Shown here: one piece after another, positions 52,128-64,000 of the stretch
How positions within the stretch are numbered: position 1 is the stretch's first letter
How the letters are laid out: the number at the start of each line of letters is the position of its first letter
Source of the DNA: Octopus bimaculoides
Lineage: Eukaryota
Assembly: GCF_001194135.2 (NCBI RefSeq)
Contig: NC_068984.1
Span: 11,986,266 to 12,050,265, forward strand
Length of the DNA stretch: 64,000 bases
Reading direction: 5' to 3'
Position numbers and translations under genes: made by a program
The notes under the pieces: model-generated
Told to the model about the DNA's origin: nothing
Seen by the model: the letters and a program-made list of their open reading frames with translations, nothing else
The model's database searches: none

Positions 52128-53676
52128 TATGAGTAGAGTGTGGCAACTACAGAGGTATTACTCTAGTATCAGATGCTGGCAAGGTTCGGGCAAGTATTCT
52201 TCTCACCTGCTTGAATAGGTCGTCTTGTAAATGATGTTCTATCTGAATCTCAATGTGGTTTCCAATCTGGAAGAGGAATGATAGATATGATTTTCACAGC
52301 GAGACAGATGCAGGAGAAGTGTTATGAGTAGAATATGGATCTTGTCCAGGTATTCATTGATTTAACCAAGGGCCTTTGATACTGTGAATAGGGCCTTCCT
52401 ATGGAAAATACTTGGCAAACTTGGATGTGCGGATCACTTTGTATCAATAATCAAATCATTTTATGATGGGATAGAAGCTTGGGTCAATGTTGGTGGTAGC
52501 ATCGTAGGATCCATTCCTGTAGAGAATGGTATCAAGCAGGGTGACATCCTTTCCCCAACTCTCTTTTCTCTGTACTTTGCTGCTACTCTTACTCATACTT
52601 TTGTTGTGGACAACTCTTCTGGGATATATGTTATGTTAGGTATTGATCTTCTGTTCGTCTTTTTAACCTGCGTCGATTTGCTGCCAATTCAAAAGTTTTC
52701 CAGTCTCTTATTCGTGACCTCCTTTATGCAGATGACTGTGACTCTCATACAGTGAATGATATGCAAATACTTGTGAATCATATTTCTGCTTCTTGCAAGG
52801 TATTTGGACTCAGCATTAGCCTGGACAAGATTGCTGTAATGTTCCAGCCTGCACCAGGAAATCCATATGTGGAACCAGCAATCCTGGTTGAAAGAACAAT
52901 ACTGAAAGTGGTAGACAAGTTTCTCTACCTGGGAAGCACAATCAACTGTTCTTGCTCTCTGAATGATGAAATATCTTTCAGGCTGCAGAGAACAACTGAT
53001 TCCTTTAGGTCTCTTGAGTCTCATGTCTGGTCCCAACATGGCATTACAAAGCAAACCAAAATTGCTGTGTACTGGGCATGTGTACTGACATTGCTCCTTT
53101 ACTCATGTGAGATATAGACCTTGTAAAGGTCCTTGAATGCTTCCATCAGAGACCTTAAAACCTCCAGATACACAGGTCCTGAAGAAAGCTGATATCCTGA
53201 GTATTGAGGCAATGGTGCACAAACACTGGTTACATGTTAGAATGAATGATAGCAGGATCCCTAAACATGCTATATGGGGAACTTGTTAGTGGAAAGTGAC
53301 CCTGTCAGAAGCCAAGACTGCGATTTAAGGACTGCGTAAAGTTCTCATTAAAGGCCTGTGAAATGCAGGAGGCTGACTGGGAGAGCAATGCTTGTCATCG
53401 CCATGGATGGAGGAAACAGATAAAGGAGGGAGTCGATACCTTTGAAAGAGCACATATTCTTCATGAAGAATTTAAGTGTGCTGCTTGAAAACACACTGCT
53501 AGTGAAATGAATAGGGAAAGCTTGGTCTGTAATGTTTGCAGTCATGTATGTTTGTCAAGAACAGGGCTCATTAGTCACCAGTGGAACCGCAAGTGTAAGG
53601 TAGTATAAGGTAGTCTTGAGCACACAATGTTCTTAAAGGTCAGTAATGGTTTTCCTTGATCACGAATGGATGGCCG
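52128..53676 (+). pseudogene. 5'-truncated RTE-BovB-like reverse transcriptase pseudogene
   Basis: NYRG, RGMIDMIFTARQMQEKC, FDTVNR, GIKQGDILSPTLF, LLYADD (52725-52736), FLYLGSTI, LLYSCE; frameshifts and stops present. Confidence 0.92.
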
Positions 53677-53745
53677 TATGTATGTCATTATTCAGTTTTA
53701 TTTCAAGATTTCTTGCCAATAGAGAAAGAGCTGGTTTCTAATCTA

Positions 53746-53909
53746 CCCACTACGCTCTCGGAGCGGTTGGTGTTAGGAAGGGCGTCCAGCCGTAGAAACC
53801 TTGCTAGATCAGATTGGAGCCTGGTGCAGCCACCTAGCTTACCAGTTCTCTGTCAAAACCGTCCAATCCATGCCAACATGGAAAGTGGATGTTAAACGAT
53901 GACGATGAT
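53746..53909 (+). mobile_element. RTE-tail short repeat inserted in the right flank of the RTE element
   Basis: GGTTGGTGTTAGGAAGGGCGTCCAGCCGTAG...GTTAAAC(GAT)n. Confidence 0.85.
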
Positions 53910-54109
53910 GATCTATGTATGTATGTATGTATGTATGTATGTGTGCATGCATATATGTATGTATGTATGTATGTGTTGATCTCATTCTCACAGTGGAATC
54001 TGTAAAAGAATTAGTAAAGAAATTTGAGGAAAATGGTTATATATCTACTCCTTTCAAGTACATGACCCTGCTTCATATTGGAAAGGTATAAACATTTTTG
54101 GTATTTTGT

Positions 54110-54915
54110 CCTAGGTTTTCCTCTTCCACAGGTTCCCTCCACATTTGGAGATCGACATTCCTCTATGCAGCTGTCTTCATCCATGTTTCACATCACAATA
54201 CCAGCTCAGTTTTCTTGTTTGTACACTACATCTGATGCCTCTTATACACAGTTTTTCTCTCGATACATCTAAACTTTGTCACACATGCAAACTGACATTG
54301 CGCATCCAGCAGAGCATGCTGGTTTCACTTCTTTCAAGCCTTTGCATGTCCTCTGCACTCACAGCCCATGTTTCCCTGGCATGTAGCATAGCTGTCCATA
54401 CACAGGCAGGCATCATACAATCTGCCTTTCACTCTGAGGGAGAGGCCCTTTGCTACCAACAAAGGTAGTAGTAAGATAGCAACTCTCTGAACTTTGCAAC
54501 TAAGCTTTCAGAACTTCCCTCTTGACTGCTTACTTGGTTGCCTAGGTAACAAAAGCTATTGACTACTTCTAAGGACTAAGCCCCCTCCCTCTCGCTGTCA
54601 CCACCAACATTTGAGAAAATCTATTCTCTGTACATTCCTAGTGTTTATTATACCTGCACAACTGCCACACAAAAAGACTACTTTCTCTGCTTATCTTCTT
54701 ATGATCCACTGCAACTCTTTTGTGTCCATAGCTTGCACTGGGTACACCACATAGAATTTTTAGCTACACCTTTTTTTTTACATATTGAGTAGGGTCATTT
54801 CCTTGAAGGGATAAGTAATTTCTCTGCTTTCTTGCTTACTATTGTTTTGGTCTTTGCTTAATTAACTCTAAAGTTCTTTGATTTACAGTCTTTGCTTCCA
54901 CTCCTAAAATTTCTT
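54110..54915 (-). mobile_element. Inverted copy of RTE segment 37068-37985
   Basis: Manual alignment of 54421-54780 to ~37200-37557 gives about 8 substitutions and one poly-A indel. Confidence 0.92.
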
Positions 54916-55390
54916 AGCATCAATGTTTACTGAAAGTGGATGGAACTCATGGAAGAGGGAGATCTAAAAATACATGAGACGAAATAGTAAAGGACAACCT
55001 CAGAATGCTAAACTTTTTGGAGAGATGACAAAAGACCAAGACACCTTGTGCCTTGTTGTATTTAAGAAGACCTATCCCTGGGTCTTTGTGGTTACCGTCA
55101 CAGTTGAAATCTTTAAAATAAATTTTTAAATTTTGCATATAGATGTAATATTTTGATGCTGAATCCAAATTTGTTATTCATTTATTCCAGAAAAATTTTG
55201 TGGAAATGTTAGAGGTGTTTAAAGTTTGATAATTTTCATTATTTTCAGCCAATCAGAAAACAGCGTGTCCACTGCCTCTTCCATCATCTATCACAATAGC
55301 GAGAAGGGTGGGTTGGGGGCACAAACAAACACTCTTTGTGCACATGCACAGCACCTTTAGTTACTATGGAAACAGAGTTCTTTGCTCACT

Positions 55391-55790
55391 ATTTTTTTAT
55401 TCTTTTATTTGTTTCAGTCATTTGACTGTGGCCATGCTGGAGCACCACCTTTTAGTCAAGCAAATCGACCCCAGGACTTATTCTTTGTAAGCTTAGTACT
55501 TATTCTATCAGTTTCTTTTTGCTGAACCGCTAAGTTACGGGAATGTACACACACCATATCGAATGTCAAGCGATGTTGGTGGGGGGGGGGTACAAACACA
55601 GACACACACTCACACACACACATATACATATATATGACAGGCTTCTTTCAGTTTCCGTCCACCAAATCCACTCACAAGGCTTTGGTCAGCCCGAGGCTAT
55701 AGTGGAAGACACTTGCTCAAGGTGCCACGCAGTGGGACTGAACCCGGAACCATGTGGTTGGTAAGCAAGCTACTTATCACACAGCCACTC
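55391..55790 (-). mobile_element. Near-full-length SINE family A
   Basis: Reverse complement of 35476-35892. Confidence 0.88.
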
Positions 55791-56029
55791 CAACAGAACT
55801 TCATGGTGATGTGTAGAATACTCACTTCTGATTGGCTAAAATACTCAAACTTTGCAAATTTTAAAAGCTAATAACTTTTTAATTATAAAGTTATAGGAAA
55901 AATTATTTTCATTTTCATAATTAATATACAAAACTTAATACATATACCAAATTTGAAAACAATTGGAACAAAATTGGAGATAGTGATTCAAACCACAATG
56001 ATCCCTCTACTCCACAGCAGAAGTGTCAA

Positions 56030-56250
56030 GGTCACATCCCCTGGTGAGAAGAGGATTGGCCTACAAGAGTCCTGTGTCAGTGCCATGTAAAAGTGCTTGT
56101 ACTGGTGCCATGTTAAAAGCATCCAGCACACACTGTAAAGTGGTTGGTGTTAGGAATGGCATCCAGCCATTGAAACCTCCAGTTTGCCAGCTCTGGTCAA
56201 ACTGTCCAACCCATGCCAGCATGGAAAACAGACGTTGAAGGATGATGATG
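56030..56250 (+). mobile_element. RTE-tail repeat
   Basis: GGTTGGTGTTAGGAATGGCATCCAGCC...CCATGCCAGCATGGAAAACAGACGTT. Confidence 0.8.
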
Positions 56251-57647
56251 AGGAGGAGGAGAATTATATAGCTATTAGTGAAGGATTATCAATCCGAGCA
56301 AAATATCTTATATGGTTTCTTTTAGTACACCAGTCTAACAATATTGTTTAGATTAGTAAAGAACTCTGTATTCCTGTGACAGGGTCTGGGGTTACAGTTC
56401 ATCACCATTCTATATTGTAAATCCTTGGTTGGGCTCCAATCAAACTGGTGTTTATACTGAGTAATATACCAAACAAGGCATAAATAATGATCATTACATA
56501 TTTCTTTATTGTAGTAAATTTGACTTACAGATGTTTCCAGTAGTCATTGTAGGTTTGTTATTGATTGGTTTTCTCAATTGGTTCATTGATCAGTTGAGAA
56601 AAATTGAACAACTTAGAGAATTATTGTTACTTTTGTCAGTTATTTCTGGTTACAAGCAAGCAGAACACTGAAAGAATGATATTGACATGGGAAGGGGAAC
56701 AAAAAGAGACAAGTATAAGGTGAGTGGAAGAGAGATAAAAAGAAAAGGCGAAGTGAAGTGATGATTTGGTAAAGAAGAACTAAAGGGAAAAGAAGAGAGG
56801 AAGGATTAGAAAGAATAGAGGAGGGGAAGCATGCCTGGAATAAGGGACCAAGGATGGCTGAAATTAAAGAAGGAACAGTCATAGAAACACTCATCACATT
56901 CAGAAACATTTGCATTGTCTTCAGGTCAAATACTATTGAGATACTGTGTTGAAATTTGATGTAGGCCACTTATTCTAAATCTTTAATATTGGGTTGTTCG
57001 TGCTATCTCACATTGGGAGTGAATTGTATTAGAAAAAATGAATGGTAAATGGGATGAAAAATCAGCAGTTACTATTTTATGATAGGGAAAATAGAGAAAG
57101 CTTTGGTAAGAGTGGACGCGAAAAAGAGGGAAAATGTGAGGTTAAAAATAAAACTAAAATAAAATCAAAGAGTTTTTTTTAAAAAAACAGATAAAACTGA
57201 TGGCTAAATATAATTTTGAATTAAATAAAATGAAAAGAATTTTTAAAATTAAGGGTTAAAGATTAAAATTGAAAACCAAAAAATTTTGAAATTAAAGAAT
57301 TAAAAATTATAAGATTAAAAGATTAAAAATATGTATATATATATACATATGTGTATTCATACACACTGTGCTTGATGAATTGAAGGTAGGCAAACCAATA
57401 TTCTGTGTTTAAATTGATAAATTTGAAATATAAATATTTAGAATTGTAATTATACATTTTTAAAGATTATCATTTATAAATAGAAATTGATAATTTCTCA
57501 CATCCATATGGTTTTTAAATATTTATAAATTACAGTTTTTATTATTTATAATTACAGTTCAAAATATTTATAGTTAGAATTTCTACTAGAATATTGGTGT
57601 GCTTGTCTTCAATTGATCCAGCTTAAGATGTATATATATGTATTCAT

Positions 57648-57649
<2 letters not shown>

Positions 57650-57690
<41 letters not shown>
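57650..57690. repeat. (TA)n microsatellite
   Basis: Direct reading. Confidence 0.97.
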
Positions 57691-57691
<1 letters not shown>

Positions 57692-57693
<2 letters not shown>

Positions 57694-58100
57694 CATCATC
57701 ATCATCATCATCTTTGTTTAACATCTGCTTTCCATGCTGGCATGGGTTGGATGGTTTGACTGAGGGCTGGTGAGCCAGAATGCTGCACCAGTCTCCAATC
57801 TGATCTGGCAAAGTTTCTACGGCTGGATGCCCTTCCTAATGCTAACCACTCCGAAAGTGTAGTGGGTGCTTTTATGAGGGCTAGTACTTGCATCGGCCAT
57901 GCTCAAATGGTGCTTTTTACGTGCCACCTGCACAGGAGCCAGTCCGGCAGTATCGGCAATGACCACGCTCGAATAGTGCTTTTTATGTGCCACCGGCATG
58001 GGAGCCAGTCAGTGGCCCTGGCAATAATCACGCTCGAATGGTGCTTCTTACGTTCCACTGTCACGGGTGCCAGTCAGGCGGTATTGTCATTGGCCACATA
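57692..58100 (-). mobile_element. Long RTE-tail repeat with three ~66-bp internal subrepeats
   Basis: GTGCTTTTTACGTGCCAC-type units at 57910, 57976 and 58041. Confidence 0.85.
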
Positions 58101-58127
58101 TAATTTACATATAGTAATAATGACAAT

Positions 58128-58442
58128 GTGGAAGCGCAATGGCCCAGTGGTTAGGGCAGCAGACTCACGGTTATAGGATCGCGGTTTCGATTCCTAGACT
58201 GGGCATTGTGTGTGTTTATTGAGCATAAACACCTAAAGCTCCACGAGGCTCTGGCAGGGGGTGGTGGCGACCTCTGTTGTACTCTTTTGCCCCAACTTTC
58301 TCTCACTGTTTCTTGAGTAAAGCTGCAATGGACTGGCGTCCCGTCCAGCTGCTGGTGGTGGTGGGAACACACGCTATAGAAACAGGGAAACCCAACCCAT
58401 GAGCCTGGCTAGGCTTTAAAAGGGCGCATAAATAATAAAAAA
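58128..58442 (+). mobile_element. SINE family C with 12-bp TSD
   Basis: AATAATGACAAT at 58116-58127 and 58443-58454; same body as 32138-32432. Confidence 0.85.
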
Positions 58443-58789
58443 AATAATGACAATATTGGATGGAATTTATAAACATTTAATGTATCACTACACACATTTC
58501 CACAAATCACATGTCTCTTAAGATCACAGTTCATATTCCTGATTACAGTGTAGTATCCATTGGCATTGGGATTCATTTCTTCAGGCAATATAACATTAAT
58601 GGATGTTTAACAGAGGGTTGTTTATCCCCTTTGACCAATGTGAAGGTTGATGTAACCCCAAAAAGCTGGTTCACTAGTCAGCAACACTAGACTGTCACCA
58701 GCATAATGGAAGAGGAGTTTTATTTGCATATTCAAAAACATTTCCCGTCAACAAATTAAAAAGATAATTTACACCCACATACATACATG

Positions 58790-59066
58790 TAGCTGTGGTC
58801 AGTGCTCCCTGACTGGCTCCTGTTCCGGTGGCATGTAAAATGCATCATCCAAGCATGGTCAATGCCAGGCCCACCTGACTGGCTCCTGTGCTGGTAGCAC
58901 ATAAAAAGCATCCACTACATTCTCAGAGTGGTTGGTGTCAGGAAGGGCATCCAGCTGTAGAAACTCTGCCAGATCAGATTGGAGTTTAGTGCGACCTCCT
59001 GGCTCTCCAGACCTCAGTCAAACTGTCCAACCCATGCAAGCATGGAAAGCAGATGTTAAATGATGC
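58790..59066 (+). mobile_element. RTE-tail repeat
   Basis: GGTTGGTGTCAGGAAGGGCATCCAGCTGTAG core. Confidence 0.85.
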
Positions 59067-59520
59067 TACAGTTTTGTTGAGAAGTTAAAGTAGGTTTCAT
59101 TTTTATCACTGATCAATATGGCTGGTCATTCATAAATGACTCTTAACTCATTTCATTAATTGTGTGTGACTGGCTGATAAAGTTGAGGATTCTAATTCAT
59201 CTCAAATGAATATTTTTGTCTGAAGGATGCTGCTTTTCTTGTGAAATAGCACCAGACCAAATTCAATATGTGAAAAAAAGAAAAAAAACCCAGTCCAAGT
59301 AACCATCATTGTCATCATCATCAATGTCGTTGTTGCTGTCGCTGTCGTTGTCATTTACTGTTCGGCTTCCATGATGTTAGCATGTAATGACAACTATTAC
59401 AAAGCGAGGTTCATGAATTTCAACAAGTTTTTTATACAATGGTAAAAAGGGAAGGTGACATTTCAGGACTCTCTTTGTCTGACAGGAAAGATATTTTCAG
59501 TTAATTTCTTTTCAGACATG

Positions 59521-59885
59521 GCTAGGTCCAACTGTATGGTTAAGAAGTTTGCTTCTCCGTCATGCGGTTTCATGTTCAATCCAACAGCATAACACCTTGG
59601 AAAAGTGAATGGATTTGGTAACAGGAAACTGAAAGAAACCTCTTGTATATGTATGTATGTGTGTGTGTGGAGGGAGGTCTCCTTGTCTTGACAAATTGCA
59701 ATAGATATAAATGAATATTGCCATTATACAAATAGGGTCTTCTATGAAGACATGTCTAGCTACGAGGAAATATTACCTTGGTGAGGATTGGTAAGGGAAG
59801 GGCACCTGGCTGTAGAAAATCCATCTCAAAAAATGTTGTTTGACCTGACCCTTGTGAGTATGGAAAAGTGGATGTCAAAACGATG
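59521..59885 (+). mobile_element. SINE family D (family A head + distinct body + RTE tail)
   Basis: GGTTAAGAAGTTTGC...GGAAACTGAAAGAAACC head, (TG)n, CCTTGTCTTGAC body, GGAAGGGCACCTGGCTGTAG tail. Confidence 0.7.
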
Positions 59886-60714
59886 ACATCCAACTGAGAC
59901 AAAATGCTAGTCTTGGATCATATCAGACTCCTTTCCTCTCTGAAGTATGCAATCTTAGCCTAACTCGTTGGGTATGCTATGTTTACTGCTGTAACAGATT
60001 AATTTATTTCTTTACCAAAGAATTGTTATCAAATCTGACACACTTTAAGCAATCATTTTATTGCTTAGCCTGAAGGAAGTGCAGAATACAGGACCCTTTT
60101 CAGGGCCTGCAAAATTGTTGAGAGAGCGGGGGGAGCATATCCTCAAATTGGAGACTAGGCCTGAACATTCTGACTTGTCACCATTGTCAAGCAAACATTC
60201 ACACACACACACAAACACACACACAAACACACACACACACACACACACTTACTCACTCTCTTTCTTTCCCTCCTGCTTTCTTTCTCTCGTCTTTCACATG
60301 TTTCTCTTAACATCTGGACTTACTCTGTGTGTGTGTTGCTACCTCCCATAGTAGGACAGTACCATTTAGCAACATAACCATTTAGCAATTATGTAATTTG
60401 AACTATGTTTTACACCTTGTTCATCAAAGAAGAACTGATACAAACATTTATATTGCTAACTAACAATTGATGCAATCTAACACTGCAGCATACATTTATA
60501 CATAAATGCATCTCCTCTGCTCTGCAATCTTCACTGACTGTTGCTTTACATGAACACAAAAACATTTTTCAATTTTTGAACAATTTGCAAGCATAAAAAT
60601 TTGGCATTTATTTTTTTGTTTATTTAATTTCATTTGGCTTCATGTTTTTTTTCTTCTTTTTTTTTTGTATATTTTATGTGACATACACTTTAGACATAGC
60701 ATGAACATATTTAA

Positions 60715-60931
60715 CCTTTAGTATTCAAACCAGCCATACCTGGCCCAAATTTTCTCCCTGTTTTATGTTCAAACTGGCCAGATCTAGCCTCTCACATTTA
60801 CTCTACATGTCATTCTAAAAATATACAATCATATCATTGAAATGTTGAAGCTATCAGATAAAACATGATTAACTCAAAACAATGTGAATAAATAAGCATT
60901 ACATCTGACAAATAATCTGATTGCTAAAGAG
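60715..60931. mobile_element. piggyBac-type MITE
   Basis: TTAA|CCTTTAG ... CTAAAGAG|TTAA. Confidence 0.8.
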
Positions 60932-61024
60932 TTAAACCATCAACTACTAAGTCATATTACTACTGGTCTTTAGTTTCACACTGTGGGGAGATTCCTGTGG
61001 TAAATCTCCCTTGGAACTGATCCT

Positions 61025-61405
61025 TTAATACATCTCTTTTACTCTTTTACTAGTTTCAGTCTTTTGACTGTGGCCATGCTGGAGCACCGCCTTTAGTCGA
61101 GCAAATCGACCCCAGGACGTGTTCTTTGGAAGCCTAGTACTTATTCTATAGTTCTCAGGGATATTCAGCGTGACACAGTGTGACAAGGCTGACCCTTTGA
61201 ATTACAGGCACAACAGAAACAGGAAGAAAGAGAGAAAGTTGTGGTGAAAGAGTACAGTTAGGGTTTGCCACCATCCCCTGCCAGAGCCTCGTGGAGCTTT
61301 AGGTGTTTTCGCTTAATAAACACTCACAACGCCCAGTCTGGGAATCAAAACCGCGGTCTTATGACCGTGAGTCCGCTGCCCTAACCGCTGGGCCATTGCA
61401 CCTCC
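61025..61405 (-). mobile_element. Chimeric SINE: family C head and alternative body joined to a family A 3' end
   Basis: Junction at ~61150: minus strand GAGAACT|ATAGAATAAGTACTAGG. Confidence 0.8.
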
Positions 61406-61514
61406 ACAGTAGGAGTGTAAGTCCTCTGCAAACCCCTTTTTATTTCTGGAAAGAGGCGGTCCACATTAATCTTTTTTCTGTCCTTTGATCTATCCAGCAT
61501 AGAATCCCTACCAG

Positions 61515-61682
61515 CACTAATGTAGCTAGGGTATGTGCCACCCAGGATAGCCCTTTAGTTTGCTGTCCCCCGTCCCCAACAAAAAATACATTGCCTACAG
61601 CAGACCCAAAAGTGGTGCCTCCCCCATAAAAGTGCCACCCAGGGCAGACCATCCCATCCACCCAGTTCTAGCTATGCTAGTG
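61515..61682. mobile_element. hAT-type MITE with a perfect 8-bp TSD
   Basis: TIRs CACTAATGTAGCTAG / CTAGCTATGCTAGTG; CCTACCAG at 61507-61514 and 61683-61690. Confidence 0.9.
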
Positions 61683-62584
61683 CCTACCAGGAGCTTGCAC
61701 TTCATTGGCATAGCTTTCCGGGTCACCGAGGCATACAAGTCACCAAGCCACAACAAGGATTGGACCCTGTAGTGGGTGCGTTGTATACCTGGAGCATGCT
61801 TCAGAAAATTGGTCATGCTGCTTGTTCACTATGTATGCTAATGAATTCAGACTTGTACATTCTGTTGACAGGAATGAAGTGATTACAGAGGTTTTTCTCT
61901 GTTACAACACTCTCCACTTAAGATTTCCTTCGACAGGTGACAACATGAATTAGGAAATAGCTTTTCATTTCTTTTTATTGTATGGAGAAATGAGAGCATT
62001 ACTCTTGTTTTTCCTTCTTGTTGTTGTCATTTAGCTCCAGGTCAACCTGATTGAACAGACTTATGATTAAAAGCATTCTGAAAGTGGCTTTCCCTTATTT
62101 TCCTGTGTAGGTAACTCAAACCACATTATCCAATATTTCTTTTATAAAGTAAGACGTGATTTAAGGGTAATTTGGCTGCTATTTCTACCAGGTCAGACGA
62201 CCATATAAAATGGTTCCCTTTTTGATTCATTTTTTTCCTTTGTTTGAATCTAAGCTCGGTGAAGGGCTGAACTTAGTAGTTCAGTTGAATGAATACAGAC
62301 TGGACTTATTTCAATGGCAACAAAATAACGCGAAAAACAAAATAAATAAACTAAAATGAAGAAGAAAATTTTGGAAAGCAGTAACAAGTACACTTTGAAA
62401 AATATCCCAAAATGGAGGATCTGTCAAAGTATTTGTAGAAACACTTGGTAACTACTAAAGGCATACATCTTCATGTGAATTACATCTACTTGAAAAATGG
62501 TAGATGATGCCAAAAAAGTAGTAACTTTGGTCATTTACAACTGTAGTCGTTCATGGCATGTGTCAAAAAATTTATGTCTTATCT

Positions 62585-62940
62585 TTTTCTTATTGCAGTC
62601 ATTAGACTGCAGCCATGCTGGAGCACTGGCATAAAGGGTTTAGTTAAACAAATCAACCTCTGTAATTATTTTTTAAGCCTGGTACTTATTCTATTAGCCT
62701 CTTTTACCTCACTACTTAGTTAAAGAGACGTAAACAAACCAACACCAGTTGTCAAGTGGTGAGGAGATCAGACATATATACACACACATGACAGGTTTCT
62801 TTCAGTTTCTATCTATCAGATTCACTCACAAGGCTTTGGTTGGCCCAAGGTATAGGTAGAACACACTTGCTCAAGGTGCCATTCAGTTGGATTGAACCTG
62901 GAACCATGTGATTGGGTAGCATACATCTTACCATACAAGG
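62585..62940 (-). mobile_element. SINE family A (older)
   Basis: Reverse complement of the A consensus along its length. Confidence 0.8.
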
Positions 62941-63729
62941 AAGTTAATAACAGCCTCATAACCAGTCTCAGAGGAAAGTAAACCAATGAATTCAGTTTTA
63001 ATAAATTGCCTATAAATACAAAAACAGAAACATTGAGTGGAAATAGATAGCAATAAACCTTCAGTAAATAAATTACAAATGGTAAAATGTTTGCAAATGG
63101 CACCCAGTCTTCTTTAACGAATGTAAACAGCAATGCATCTTCACTGTCGGATTTGGTTACTGTTAGAGATTTCTGCAACATTGGGTTTGAATACAACAAA
63201 GCTGTTAACAAACTGCAAAATTCAAAGGTAATCTTTTTTGTGTGTGTGTGGGGGAAGGTGGGCAACAAGAATAACATTTTTGGCAAGTTTGCCAAATTAT
63301 TTTCTTTTACCAAAGATATATTTTCTTTCTTGTTTACATATTTCTCTTGGTTCTGAGAATTTGAAAATAATTTTGAAAAGTTTTTGGAAAAAAAAGAAGG
63401 ATTCAGAAATAAGATATTTCGTTCATGTTTGTTTCATTAAGTTTACTTATAATTGTTACAAATATACTTTTTTCTGACATTATACACGTAAATGCATGCA
63501 TACATGTGTTGTGTATGTTTACAAAGTAGTTAGTCTCCTGATTTCTGAGTTTGGCTTTGTTGCTCTTCCAAGTTAGATCTGTAAAAGGTTGAATTATGTT
63601 GGCACTGGAAGGGTGTCACACAATTCCTTACACCAATGTTTTTAGGAAAATTAGCAGAACAAGAAAGTATTTAACAAAAACAATCTTTTATTTGGTATGA
63701 ACAAAATGTACAACTCGGGACAATCAGTA

Positions 63730-64000
63730 GCCAGGTCTGGTGTTGAAACAGCAAAGTTGGTATTAATCTTACTTTATGAAGACAATATTACACTTGGAAC
63801 AAACTGCGGTCAGGCCAGGTGTAGAATCAGCAAAGATAGAATTAATCATTCTTCATGGAGACAATATTACACCTTAGAACAAACAGTGGTCAGGTCAGGT
63901 CTAGAACCAGCAAAGATAGAGTTGATCATTCTTCACGGAGACAATATTACACCTTAGAACAAACTGTGGTCAGGTCAGGTATAGAAACAGCAGAGTTAGA
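63730..64000. repeat. ~80-bp tandem repeat (at least 3 units, runs off the window)
   Basis: G(G/A)AGACAATATTACAC at ~63778, 63857 and 63937. Confidence 0.9.

Noticed and set aside
57900-58100. CRISPR-like array (also 26200-26371 and 63730-64000)
   Set aside because: Whole units repeat with no unique spacers, there are no cas genes, and the context is eukaryotic TE sequence.

Overview
AT-rich, microsatellite-rich eukaryotic genomic DNA with three N-gaps (29369-29596, 37600-37670, 39561-39892). The tRNA-headed SINE families and RTE-tail repeats resemble those I associate with Octopus (coleoid cephalopod); this is recognition, not a database result. No intact protein-coding gene, rRNA, true tRNA or CRISPR array can be supported, and almost every ORF in the track is a transposon remnant, a microsatellite frame or chance. 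The window is mostly a layered fossil record of mobile elements: Vingi/Ingi-like, CR1/L2-like and several RTE LINEs, Tc1, DD34D and DD37D mariners, hAT and piggyBac MITEs, a decayed Gypsy gag-protease, a probable solo LTR and at least four modular SINE types. Two CpG-rich domains (about 11.9-19.5 kb and 41.4-48.3 kb) stand out from a CpG-depleted background. Each holds a strong minus-strand splice donor, so they may be promoters or first exons of a long-intron host gene, but this is unproven. The most notable structures are a ~97% identical inverted copy of a dead RTE segment 17 kb away sharing the same lesions, a mariner derivative built from two 5' ends, ~75-bp direct repeats around an RTE insertion, a 60-nt near-perfect hairpin and a 24-bp perfect palindrome. 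I found nothing I can defend as a new multi-gene biological system.
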